A stretch of 63,398 nt of DNA, counting the filler, from Octopus bimaculoides (Eukaryota): NCBI RefSeq assembly GCF_001194135.2. It is 5 parts of 5 records of this genome, joined end to end, with 100 filler letters (N's around TTAATTAATTAA, not from the genome) between each part and the next. Parts side by side here need not be neighbours in the genome. Positions count along the whole stretch, not along the records: positions 12,097 to 28,906 come from NC_068995.1; 4 more parts are not named here. One strand, 5' to 3'. Below are positions 12,336 to 25,031 of this stretch, piece by piece. The notes below the pieces were generated by a model. That model searched no databases and had not been told where the DNA came from. It saw nothing but the letters and a program-made list of their open reading frames with translations. Position numbers and translations under genes: made by a program. Every line of letters begins with the position of its first letter. The stretch's first letter is position 1.

Positions 12336-14639
12336 ATGAATAAAATGTAATATTAATTTGTTTTATTAGGGATGTTTTTATCAGGGATGTTTTGCAAACG
12401 ACTGACACAAATGAAGAAGAATCTGTCAGAAATATTCAAAGATAGTCAAAGATAACTTATTCAATACATTTATACAAATTTATAGAATATCCTAAGGCAT
12501 AACATTCGTTTATTTTTTTATGAACTTTCATCAATATCTTGTTGTGTCAACAGAGATCGGAAACAAATGTGTTTGTCCATACAAAATATTGCAACAGAAG
12601 TGTCGTATATTCATCATTTTACTTTCGTAACGATGTGGATAAATAACTATGGGGTAAAATAATCTTTTATCTTTTCCTTTTTTTTCTGTTCTTTGCTTCA
12701 GTCATGAAACTGCTGGGGCAGCCTTGAATGGTTTTAGTTTATCTAATTATAAAATTATGATGCGATAGTCAATGACAACTGAGTTCTATTTCGCATCATA
12801 ATGTTGATACTTATTTCCATTTTGATGGGCTTTCCCCGATATTCATATATCTCCTTTTGTTTCCATATTTCAATGTATATGATTTTTACTTAACGTTAAT
12901 TGCATTAAAAAAGAGCAGTTGTTTGGAAAGGTTTAAATATCATTCCTTTTGTCTAAACTTATCCCCATATAACTATTAATAATAATCATTCCATAGGGTT
13001 CTATAGAACACTATAGAACGATTAAGATTACTTAATCGATTTCTTACTGGAAAATTTTAAAAGGTTTACTTAAATATACTGCTGTATATCTGTCGTTTGT
13101 TTACTTCTTTCATCATATCTAGCTTCTGGTAGTGTTTTATCATTCATCTTAGTTCTGTTGAAAACTAAAGTGTGAAGAAGTGGAGATATAGAAAAAAGAT
13201 TAATTCGGAGGGAAATACATTCATAGAAAATTAACTAAAAATAGAAATAAAAAGTACAAATAAGAAGAAACAAAATACCACGAAGGTTCAGATAAAAAAA
13301 AATAATGAACGTACAGGAATGGAAATGAAAATAGAGAAATGTTTAACGAAAATTAAAACTAAACAAGAGGAAATAATATTGAAGATGTAACTAAAACAAA
13401 CACTGACCGTAATATCCATTGAAATAATTTTAAAACAAAGGACCTCATTTATCAAATTAATTAAAAAAACGATTTCTCCTGCTTTGTTTTCGCCTCGTCA
13501 TTAAGTTAGCTGAGTCTTTAATCGAAAATACTGTAGTGGATTAAATAAACTAACAACCTTTTAACACTAAAACCACTAAAGCAACTCATTACTTATTCAT
13601 TAATTTTTTCTTTTGTTCAATTCGATTAAAATTGCATTTTTTTTTTTTTTTCATGTTCAAGAGCCGAAGTAAGGAAATCAATCAGATGTAGCGTTGATTT
13701 CGATTAAATCGGTATCTTACTATTTTCTTTTTTTTTATTATTTTAGAGGAATTCCTGTAGAAATTTTCCATGATCTGTGATAGGCATACACACACGCCCA
13801 CACACGCAAACATGTATATAGAGAATGCATGCATACTTACATACACATACATAAAACAAAGATACTGACATATGCATATGTACACGCATACTCAGACATA
13901 TATACAGACCACATGCACACAGACATACGTTCGTGCATAGGCACTACATATAAATACATGCACACTTACATATACATACATTCATATCTATCTGTCTCTC
14001 TCTCTCTCTCTCTCTCTANNNNNNNNNNNNNNNNNNNNNNNNNNNNNNNNNNNNNNNNNNNNNNNNNNNNNNNNNNNNNNNNNNNNNNNNNNNNNNNNNN
14101 NNNNNNNNNNNNNNNNNNNNNNNNNNNNNNNNNNNNNNNNNNNNNNNNNNNNNNNNNNNNNNNNNNNNNNNNNNNNNNNNNNNNNNNNNNNNNNNNNNNN
14201 NNNNNNNNNNNNTATATATATATATACACACATAACTTTCATAAATAGATACTACACATATTACATACATACATGCATAAACGTTTCCTACTCGACATCA
14301 GTAAAATAAGAAAAGTACAAAATGACGAACCGTATGGCCATAAATAAGAAACCTGCAAATCGAACACCAAGAATACATGTTGCGGTTTATACCTAGTTGT
14401 AATGAAGCAGCAACAGATGCATCCACCTGTTTGAAGTGAAGATTGGTTATTTTTGCATTCTTGGAGAAATAATGTAGCTCTACTAATTCATGCGTAACAG
14501 ATGATAGCGCTAGTTAAATCATTTGTGAGATAATATCTTACGATGCATAGTTTTGCGAAAATGACAAAGAGAACTAAACTACATCATAATTTTAAAATAT
14601 ATTTTCTTGTAATCTTATGGTGTGGCCGATGAAAATACT

Positions 14640-14765
14640 TCCTACTACTGGCACAATGCCTGAAACTTGTGGGGAGGGTGTAAGTCAATTACATCAACCC
14701 CAGTGCTATACTGGTACTTATTTAATCGACCCCAAAGGATGGCCAATCAAAATAGACTCCAATAC
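14640..14765 (-). mobile_element. SINE A 3' half, degraded
   Basis: GGCACAATGCCTGAAAC..TACATCAACCCCAGTG..CTGGTACTTATTTAATCGACCCC. Confidence 0.65.
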
Positions 14766-14879
14766 TCTAATCCCAATGAGTATATATAATACACGTACAT
14801 ATACTCATGCATACATAATTATAAAAACACATGTATTGACACATACATATATACTAAACATACATATATATATGTGTAT

Positions 14880-14924
<45 letters not shown>

Positions 14925-14926
14925 CA

Positions 14927-14957
<31 letters not shown>

Positions 14958-15704
14958 GGGGAGTGTGTCTGTATGTGTGATGGCTCTTACGACAATAATG
15001 CTACGCACCAAAAATGAACCCCAGCTCCAACGCGCCGATGAAACTTTAACGGAGGCCGCAACCAAGTGAGTGATCAGACAATTGGAAAGATTTCTGTCTA
15101 CACTGTACTTTCTGTATCAGCTTTGAAGCAACCTAGAAATTTGTGAGCATAAAATAGTTTCACTTAAATTAAAGCAAAAGATTTATAGTATTTAGTTGTA
15201 ATGGAGCAAAAAACACTGTATTGTGATCAGTAATGAGGCCTTATGGTAAGCAATAAATACATGGATCGAATCCAGTCTTATTGCACTTTTTTCTCTTTTA
15301 AATTGGCACTCATAATGCATACGATCGCTGCTTATTAGTTAGTATTACACATCTCTGTGTGCCTATATCTGTTTCCTCCTCGTATGACTTCTTTCCTGCT
15401 CCCCAAGATATTTTCGAATTTTCTCTTTATAATTTTTTTTTATTATTGCATTTTAAAATTATGCTCCTGCAGGATAAACCAGAATAATTTGTAGTGAGGA
15501 ATCAGGGGTTCATTAAACAATACTTATCCTCAGTTTGTAATGCATTAAATAGAAGAAACATAAATGTACTGCGTAATAAAACAGCGTTGCGTATGTTCAG
15601 TAGAAATATATAGAAGGAAATTTCTTTACTAACAAATGTTAAATTATCTTTCTAGTGATAACTGGTTTTCTTGTCATTGTAAACTTAATATTTTTACATC
15701 CTGA

Positions 15705-15925
15705 AAGGCGGCGAGCTGGCGAAATCGTTTCCGCGACAAACATTTTGTGACATTTCAGCCGCTTCTTTTTACGTTCTGAGTTCAAATTTCAGCGAGGTCG
15801 ACTTTGCCTTACATTCTTTCGGAATCGGTAAAATTAGTATCATTTGAATGCTGGGTTCACTATAATCGACTTATCTCCTACACCGGATTTACTGTCCTTG
15901 TGCCAAATTTTTTAATCAATATTAT
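15705..15925 (+). mobile_element. SINE A, full length, diverged
   Basis: AAGGCGGCGAGCTGGC head, GTTCTGAGTTCAAATT, GAGGTCGACTTTGCC, CCTTGTGCCAAA tail. Confidence 0.85.
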
Positions 15926-16539
15926 CACATATTTAAATATGAAAATCTCCAATATAGTATCTATAATTTTGACTTCAAAACCACTTCTGGATGGCATGAT
16001 AAACATTGGATAAACTTACAATCAAAGCAACCTTCTTTTCTAATGCTACTTATATTATTTCTTTATATTTTCTAATGCAAAGAATTCTTTTTCTCGGGAA
16101 TTTCTTTTCCACAGTATATTACGAAGATTAGTGGATGTCTTTAAGTTTTCACTGAAAGATTTGTAAACAAGAGTAGGATTAGTTTATATATTTTTTTCAT
16201 ACTTTCGAAGTAAACAGAAACTTTAACTTGAAATATACGTATGTATCCGTGAATTGTAGTGAACCGTAACACAAGTCCAATAGGACTACGCTTTTCATGG
16301 ATAAGTTAAATATTTTTATCAGATACAATTTGTTTCGCAGATACAGTTCCGAACTGCAAATTAATAATTTACGCGATACAATCCAGAAGTTTTGTGAATC
16401 TTTTTAAGAAGATGCAATTATAACTGACTCAGATTATAGTAATGTTTGGTATATCATTACTATACATATTATAAGCTGACTTGCCAACTTTTATTATTCC
16501 AAATAGAAGACGGCTGTAACAGCACTTTGAACACATCCT

Positions 16540-17090
16540 ACTAAACTCTGCTGCCACAGCTGACTAGTTTGCAGAATGCAGTTTTTGTGTTAAACTGGAC
16601 AAAAATGCTACAGAACCTTGTGAAGTGCTCCAGATTGCTTCAGGCTGTCATGAAAGGTTCGTTCAATGGGAGTAGAGAGGAGGTGAAAGATGATGAGGTG
16701 TAGGAGGGAGAGGGAAGTCAAAATATTAGAGCTGGTTGAGAAAACACGCGGTTCTCTGGATGACGGCCGTCATGTGTTATAAGGCAATAAGCATACTTCC
16801 AACTGTACACAAAATTGACTATGAAAATCTGAATGCGCAAAATTAATGCAAGGGTGCTAAGTGTCAAACAACCTGGTACTTGACAGAGATGGGTATAAAA
16901 ATTGTCTCTCACTCACCTGCAGTCCAGATCTTGCTCTCAGTGACTTTTGTTTTCCCCCAATTCAATTTGGATAACTCCCATGTGGCATTCACACAGTGAC
17001 TGGAGCGCTACAACAGTTCCATTTAAGTCAGATTATTCTACTTTCAATAAGAGAGTTTTGTATTTCTTTGAAAATTCCTAAAAACTTCTG
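16540..17090 (+). pseudogene. Ancient, internally deleted mariner-like transposase relic
   Basis: 16908-16960 reads approximately H.P.SPDLALSDF (mariner HPPYSPDLAPSDY); upstream fragments resemble KLDKNATE..EVLQ.A and GREEVKDD. Confidence 0.5.
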
Positions 17091-17237
17091 AAATGCACTT
17101 TGTACATGTCAATTTTATAATGCTGCTCAAGTTTATAATTGTGACTTACAACAACATAATATACCTAAGTAGTACTTGGTACGTTCGACTCTTAGGATTG
17201 TCTACGGTCATTAAGTAATGACGTTTGTAATTAATTA

Positions 17238-17527
17238 TGCGATCGTAAGGTTGTGAGTTCGATTACCGGTGGCGCGTTGTGTCCTTCAACAATACACTTT
17301 ATTTCACGCTACTCCAGTCCACTCAGCTGGCAAAAATGAATAGTAACTGTAATTCAAAGGACCGGCCTTGTCACATACTGTGATACACTGAATCTCCCTG
17401 AGAACTACGCTATGTGTATGCATATCCGTGGAGTGCTCAGTCACTTGCACGTTAATTTCACGAGCAAGCTGTACGTTGATTGGAACAAATGGAACCCTCG
17501 TCGTCATAGCCGACAGAGTGCTCATAC
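17238..17527 (+). mobile_element. SINE family C (tRNA head, CORE-like GTGTCCTT..CAA.ACACTT segment)
   Basis: GTGAGTTCGATT B-box, GCGTTGTGTCCTT, CCAGTCCACTCAGCTGGCAAAAATG; homologous to 34951-35284 and 35669-35877. Confidence 0.85.
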
Positions 17528-17995
17528 ATTTAACACTTGTATTTTACAATACTCTTTTTGTGGTCATACACATATACACATTTGATTTATCAAGTACATC
17601 GATATCTTTTAGTTTTTAAATGTAGTGACATTATTTAGACTACTTCTCAAAGCAATCGAAATGCTTTATGTAAAGTGTTCTAAAATTTGTATTTTGTAGT
17701 TATTGCATATTCATATACTGACCAAGGCTATAGAATAAGGGTCATTCTCTCGTCGTGCGTAATCTCTAAATCAATTTTTGTTTTTCCTTTCCCTATTGTC
17801 ATCGGAGCATTGGGTTAAATCCACCCAATGTATCGAGATATATTTCAAACGTCGGCGTTAATTGGAACTGCACGCATAATGCGTAAAGTACTGTCTGTCT
17901 GACATCTTTGTTGTGTCTTGAAAAACAGTACAAAACCCCGGTAAGCACACTATCTCCAATCAACAACCTCACGATATTGTACAATGTGCAACGCC

Positions 17996-17997
<2 letters not shown>

Positions 17998-18029
<32 letters not shown>

Positions 18030-18032
18030 GTA

Positions 18033-18068
<36 letters not shown>

Positions 18069-18160
18069 GTGATGATGTTTTCAAATTTTGGAGGAGGGGA
18101 TAAGTCGATTACGTCGACCGCCAGTGTTTCACTGGTACCTAATTTATCGACCCAGAAAGG
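17998..18160. repeat. (TAA)n(TGA)n microsatellite followed by a minus-strand SINE A remnant
   Basis: Direct reading; AAGTCGATTACGTCGACC..CTGGTACCTAATTTATCGACCC. Confidence 0.75.
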
Positions 18161-18199
18161 GTCGATAGCTTAATGAGATACCTAGCCCAAAGTAAGGAA

Positions 18200-19120
18200 T
18201 CCTTTCTAGTGACAGTTATAAACGAGTGAGTATTGAAAATAGAGAAAAAAGGAAAAACAAAGGAAGAAGTACAAAAAGGACATGAAGAAGAATTACGCAA
18301 GAATTACACAATCAATTCCATATAGCCACAATAGAAGTTGCTGGACAAAAATAGGTGGGATTGGCAGATGAAAGTAACACTAAAAAGCGAGACCGTGAGC
18401 ACTATACTGGCAGTGCCGGACCAAGCTTTGATCATGAACTCGAGAGCCAAACTTAGGAATGAGCAAGTGTCCGCTGTGTCGCATTTGCACAAGAGTGAAT
18501 GAAACCATCACCCATATCAGGGACGAATGCCCTAGACTTCTCCAAGACCATTACAAGTTGTAACGACATGATCAGATAGCGAAAGTGTTACATTGAAAAC
18601 TGTACGAAAAGTGGGGGATAGAGAGAGGCAAAACGTGGTATGCGCACAAACCGCAGAGAGTGGCTGAGTCGGAGACTAACAAAATCCTCTGAGATTTTCC
18701 AATCTTATCAGATCAGGGGCTAGAGCATAACAGAAGGGACCTAGTGGTGGTGGACAAGGTGCACCACATATGCTACATAGTTAATGTTACATGCCCCTTT
18801 GACCCACAAATAGACAAGAAGGAAGGCGAAAAGATAGATAAATACAACCCTCTTAGCTACGAAATAAGCAGGCTTTGGAAAATGAAGGTGAAGATAGTCC
18901 CAATTATTGGAACAGTATCAGAAGGCATCAAGAGGAATATAAAAGAAATTGAAATAGAGTGCCCAGTAGATCTGTTACAAAAGGTTTGCCTTCTTGGCAC
19001 GGCCAGAATAATCAGGAAATCATTAGATAGCTGAAACGAACGGATAGCATGGTACTGTAGGCTGCAAGTAGCAAGCCTGTTACGCATGTAAAACTCCTGG
19101 AGCTCCAACGAAACCTGTGA
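18200..19120 (+). pseudogene. R4/Dong-type non-LTR retrotransposon 3' part (CCHC knuckle + restriction-like endonuclease), with stops
   Basis: LKSETVSTILAVPDQAL..CRICTRVNETITHIRDEC..RHDQIAKVLH..KIL*DF..LEHNRRDLVVVDK..CPFD..EKIDKY..LSYEISRLW..LQKVCLLGTARIIRKSL*. Confidence 0.88.
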
Positions 19121-19699
19121 TAAAGAGAAATAATTTTTAAAAATGAATATTGTAGAAACAGTCAAAAGAAGGGAAGCAATTTTTACCATTTACTTTGTTA
19201 CGCTGCCGCTCTAGTATATTTTTCCTCGCATATAACGCTACATTGCCGTTGTCAATGAAAAGCAACAATAATACTACACGGTATATTCAATCAATTACAT
19301 CAAACAGCTGCCAGGTACCCAGAGGAGGTAAGAATATACATCCAGTAATAATCTAATATATGATAACATGCAGACAAATTAATTAATGACTGAAGTTATT
19401 TTATTTGTGATATGCCAGGAATGCTCTTTTACGAGGGGCTGAGAAACATAGAATCAAATTCCTGTTATATATAAGGATATACGTCTATCTAAAGCATTAT
19501 TGAATTCTAAGAGAAGAGCAGTTTCTATCAACAAAAATACAAAACACAAACTAATAGTACTGGAATGTAAGTATTGTGATGGTGAACATTGAGTATTTCT
19601 GGATGTTGCATGATTATATAAGCAATCACAGACGTATACATACAGGAATTTTCCGTTCCACAGAGCCATTGGAGATCTATGTATTCATATATAATGCAT

Positions 19700-19741
<42 letters not shown>

Positions 19742-20193
19742 ACTATAGATACACAAGCTGAAAATATAACTGAAACAAGTATACAATCCATACATTTTTA
19801 TTCTCTTTCATAGGTCTTCTGTGGACAGTGAACGATGTAAAAATGCATTCTTCGATTAACCATATAATAATACTGAAAAAAACCTTTAATTACATACATT
19901 TTTATGAAAATATATATGTTTGCCTTGCTCGCGCGTGCATTTTTTTATTCCTTTCTTTCTTTCTTTCTTTCTTCCTTCCTCTCNNNNNNNNNNNNNNNNN
20001 NNNNNNNNNNNNNNNNNNNNNNNNNNNNNNNNNNNNNNNNNNNNNNNNNNNNNNNNNNNNNNNNNNNNNNNNNNNNNNNNNNNNNNNNNNNNNNNNNNNN
20101 NNNNNNNNNNNNNNNNNNNNNNNNNNNNNNNNNNNNNNNNNNNNNNNNNNNNNNNNNNNNNNNNNNNNNNNNNNNNNNNNNNNNNNNNNNNNN

Positions 20194-20246
<53 letters not shown>

Positions 20247-20869
20247 GTATATATGAATGTATGTATGTATGTACGCAGACATGCCTCTGTACATATACAT
20301 ACATGAAAACATGTGTGTATATTTATATATATGCGCATGTATATATGTATACATATATATGTATATATATGTCATATTTGATGTCACGGCTTTGCCACAC
20401 ATATGTATACATACATTATATATATATAGGGCATATCAATACGGATGTTTATGAGAAAAAGACGTTCCTGTAAGACTTTTTCTATGACCGATTGCATGGA
20501 CAACGAAAAATAGTTCTCAGAGTATATTGCAATTGCTGATATATATATATATCGTAACTAAATATGCATGGGCTTGTATGTAAGTGCATACGTGTTGGTA
20601 TGTACATTCGCGTATGTATGTATGTTATGCTTATTACCGTGTGTTCGAGTGTGGATTTGTTGAGGCCAACAACATATTTATAAAAGTTGTATCGATATTT
20701 CTTCAGAGACACTGCAATGTATATTTGCTCATACGACCGAAGAAAGAATATTAGATGTATAGATGTTAGTTTTCATATGCATATAATAAATATATTTACT
20801 TTTCCATTACTATGTAGATATATACGTGTGCAGTATGCAATAATATTGATATGTATATGCATATGTGTA

Positions 20870-20901
<32 letters not shown>

Positions 20902-21589
20902 AGTATATGAATATATATATATATATATATATAAATATATATATACATATATATATACATATATCATATATATGCATATATNNNNNNNNNNNNNNNNNNN
21001 NNNNNNNNNNNNNNNNNNNNNNNNNNNNNNNNNNNNNNNNNNNNNNNNNNNNNNNNNNNNNNNNNNNNNNNNNNNNNNNNNNNNNNNNNNNNNNNNNNNN
21101 NNNNNNNNNNNNNNNNNNNNNNNNNNNNNNNNNNNNNNNNNNNNNNNNNNNNNNNNNNNNNNNNNNNNNNNNNNNNNNNNNNNNNNNNNNNNNNNNNNNN
21201 NNNNNNNNNNNNNNNNNNNNNNNNNNNNNNNNNNNNNNNNNNNNNNNNNNNNNNNNNNNNNNNNNNNNNNNNNNNNNNNNNNNNNNNNNNNNNNNNNNNN
21301 NNNNNNNNNNNNNNNNNNNNNNNNNNNNNNNNNNNNNNNNNNNNNNNNNNNNNNNNNNNNNNNNNNNNNNNNNNNNNNNNNNNNNNNNNNNNNNNNNNNN
21401 NNNNNNNNNNNNNNNNNNNNNNNNNNNNNNNNNNNNNNNNNNNNNNNNNNNNNNNNNNNNNNNNNNNNNNNNNNNNNNNNNNNNNNNNNNNNNNNNNNNN
21501 NNNNNNNNNNNNNNNNNNNNNNNNNNNNNNNNNNNNNNNNNNNNNNNNNNNNNNNNNNNNNNNNNNNNNNNNNNNNNNNNNNNNNNNNN

Positions 21590-21624
<35 letters not shown>

Positions 21625-21931
21625 GTATGTATATATATATGTATGTATGTATATATATATGTATGTGTAAGAGAGAAAGAGATCGTGAAAGAGAGAGAGA
21701 AAGAGAGGGGGAGAGGTAGAAAGATAGAGTCTGTGTATAGAGATAGCTAGACAGAGAAAACAAGCATGATAGTTTGCTATGAATACATGCATAAAAATAC
21801 ATGTACATATATATATTTGTGTAATTACTGCTCTGTCTGTAACTTTATGTAATTATATACACATACACGTGCACACGCACACACACACATATATTCAAAT
21901 TCAAAATTGATTAGATATAAAGTACACATCT

Positions 21932-22058
<127 letters not shown>

Positions 22059-22693
22059 AAAACCATACACATTTATATTGCCTGGAAGCATAAACTCTAT
22101 AAACATATAAGTATTTATTTTATACATTTTTTAACTCTCTTATTAGATATAGCTGTAAGCAATTTTTTTTTTCCTTTTCTTTGCCAAATTTAAGACTATT
22201 ATATTTCTCTTATTGTGATATTTTTCGTAGAGCAGAAAATGTTTCTGTTAAATAGCAGACATCATTCCAGAATCTGGAATAACTCAATCAAAATTCGCCA
22301 GTATTATAATTGCATTCGGACACCAAATATCAGAGTGAAACGAAGAAAGAAAATGCGAAAATGAAAACATATATCATAGCTGTAACTTGAAATTGTATAT
22401 GACTGTATGGATGTGTATGTATATATAAAGAAGGATAGATAATATGAGAAAAAGAATACTGCATAAATATGACGATGTGGAAAGAATGATCCATAGGGAT
22501 CCCTGAGGAAATCACAGTCTACAAAGAGCAAACCATGGAACAAGTTGCCAAGAATGAGAATTGCAAAGTCCTGTGGGAAACAATGATCAAGCACCAGCAA
22601 TGTGAGTCACGCATTTGAACCTCTTCCCACACAATCTGTAGAGGTCCGTTACACTTGTGTGATATATATTATTTTTCACTGAGTTGGTACTCA

Positions 22694-22791
<98 letters not shown>

Positions 22792-23312
22792 TTAATNNNN
22801 NNNNNNNNNNNNNNNNNNNNNNNNNNNNNNNNNNNNNNNNNNNNNNNNNNNNNNNNNNNNNNNNNNNNNNNNNNNNNNNNNNNNNNNNNNNNNNNNNNNN
22901 NNNNNNNNNNNNNNNNNNNNNNNNNNNNNNNNNNNNNNNNNNNNNNNNNNNNNNNNNNNNNNNNNNNNNNNNNNNNNNNNNNNNNNNNNNNNNNNNNNNN
23001 NNNNNNNNNNNNNNNNNNNNNNNNNNNNNNNNNNNNNNNNNNNNNNNNNNNNNNNNNNNNNNNNNNNNNNNNNNNNNNNNNNNNNNNNNNNNNNNNNNNN
23101 NNNNNNNNNNNNNNNNNNNNNNNNNNNNNNNNNNNNNNNNNNNNNNNNNNNNNNNNNNNNNNNNNNNNNNNNNNNNNNNNNNNNNNNNNNNNNNNNNNNN
23201 NNNNNNNNNNNNNNNNNNNNNNNNNNNNNNNNNNNNNNNNNNNNNNNNNNNNNNNNNNNNNNNNNNNNNNNNNNNNNNNNNNNNNNNNNNNNNNNCACTG
23301 AGTTGGTACTCA

Positions 23313-23401
<89 letters not shown>

Positions 23402-23410
23402 TTAATATTG

Positions 23411-23780
23411 TTCAGTAGTTTTATTTTTATAACGTGCTTTCACTTCACTACCGAGCGCAGCTCTGTGCGCCTTGGGTATGTGCTGCGGTTTGCTGTGGTG
23501 CTCTTATGTTTACTGTATTGAAAGTGTTTTGCGTAGAATGTGTGCAGTACCCAGTAGTGCAATTTTCTGTATGTTATATATATTTGTAAGTCCTGGTGTT
23601 TTTGTTATGTATTTATCTGAATATTTTTTTATTATACCTAAGGCACCTACTATGATAGGAATTGTTTCTGTTTTTAGATTCCACATTCGAGTTACCTCTA
23701 TTTCCAGGTCTTTGTATTTTGAAAGTTTTTCCAATTCTTTTAGAGAAACGTTTTCATCTGCTGTTATTGATACATCGTCA

Positions 23781-23782
<2 letters not shown>
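23411..23782 (-). mobile_element. 5'-truncated R4/Dong-type element (RLE C-terminus + 3' UTR) in (TAA)n
   Basis: EKLSKYKDLEIEVTRMWNLKTETIPIIVGALG..QKIALLGTAHILRKTLSIQ*; TAA/TAG arrays on both sides. Confidence 0.9.
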
Positions 23783-23832
<50 letters not shown>

Positions 23833-23989
23833 CATCATCATCATCATCATCATTATGTGATGAAAACTCGGCTTATTTTGCTGGGTATGATGGAAAGTGG
23901 TGAATAAATAAGAATGAACATGCATGATAAGCGACATAGCATGCCCCGGTGGCAATAGGGTCAATGTGAAAGAAGAAGAAAAAAATAAA

Positions 23990-24150
23990 CAACTCTGATG
24001 ATTTGAAGTGAGAAATACGAAGGTTGTGGTCAATGGAGAGAGTTAAGGTGGTATCAATTGTTACTGGTGCACTTGGAAGTATCAGCACTCAACTAGTAAC
24101 AAGGCTGAGAAAGACTGGTGCAAGTGTGAAGGTAACATGTTGTACTTCTA
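23990..24150 (+). pseudogene. R4/Dong RLE remnant
   Basis: DLK*EIRRLWSMERVKVVSIVTGALGSIST; related to 48250-48570. Confidence 0.7.
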
Positions 24151-24296
24151 AGGGGACAGAACGTTTTTCATTCGGAAACTGCATCACTATTGCATTCGGG
24201 AAACTATTTTCAAACATTACCAAATTTCATTTCTGAAGCTATGATCAAGTCTAAGTTGACTTCCCAAAATGAATATGGTACTTGTGGAGTTTAGAT

Positions 24297-24728
24297 GCAG
24301 GCATAGTTGCGTTGTTGAAGAGCTCGTTTTGCAGCCATATGGTTTCGAGTTCAGTAGAAAACGCTACACCTAGAGAAAGTGTCTTCCACTACAGCCCCGG
24401 CCAACCAGGGCCTTGTGAGCTAGACGGAAATTGTGTGGAAATCCGTGGTATATGATATAAATATAAACATTTATACATGTATATTTATGCGTGTGTTCTT
24501 GACGTATATTTATGTGTGTGGTGTGTTCCCCCTCCTTAACATTAGGCAGCTGGTGTTGCTTTGTCTACATTCCTGTAATTTAACGGTTCAGCGAAAGATA
24601 TTAATATGATAAGTACCAAGCTTTAAAATAACAAACAGGTGTCTATCTTTAACTAAAACCTTCAAGGCAGTGCTCCAGCATGGCTACAGTCCAGTGATTG
24701 AAACAAGAAAAGTTAAAAGGTAAAATTA
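24297..24728 (+). mobile_element. SINE B, degraded full length
   Basis: AAAGTGTCTTCCACTACAGCC, GACGGAAA, GATAAGTACCAAGCTT, GTGCTCCAGCATGGC..GAAACAAG.AAAG. Confidence 0.7.
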
Positions 24729-24815
24729 GATATTTTCTTTGTGTAATCATATAATACCCCATGTACAATATAGTTTCCCAGTTTTAATTGTCCTTTCTCT
24801 CATAGAAAAAATTAT

Positions 24816-25031
24816 TCTTTTCTACTCTGGGCACAAGGCCCGAAATTAGGGGGGGGGACGAGGCCAGTTGATTAGATCGACCGCAGTACGTAACTGGTAC
24901 TCAATTTATCGACCCCGGAAGGATGAAAGACAAAGTGAACCTCGGCGGAATTTGAACTCAGAAAATGCAGACTGACGAAATTTCGCTTAGCATTTCGCCC
25001 GGCGTACTAAAGTTTCCGCGACCTCACCGCC
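24816..25031 (-). mobile_element. SINE A, full length, with ~20 bp imperfect TSD
   Basis: Flanks TTCTCTCATAGAAAAAATTATT (~24795-24815) and TTCTCTCACAGAAAAAATATT (25032-25052). Confidence 0.9.

Noticed and set aside
14278-14312. Minus-strand CTGATGT…GAAACGTT hammerhead-like string
   Set aside because: Core is broken and stem II cannot form.
14980-15065. ATG-to-donor frame MALTTIMLRTKNEPQLQRADETLTEAAT ending at AA|GTGAGT
   Set aside because: Short, abuts a microsatellite, no homology; needs RNA-seq.
19215-19327. Candidate exon ending at GAG|GTAAGA
   Set aside because: Unrecognisable peptide and no supporting neighbours.
22490-22610. EQVAKNENCKVLWETMI, similar to the Dong KILWD region
   Set aside because: Too short and degenerate to annotate on its own.
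22677-23406. Direct duplication CACTGAGTTGGTACTCATTT(TAT)n(TAG)n on both sides of a gap
   Set aside because: The second copy starts exactly at the gap edge; most likely an unmerged contig overlap.
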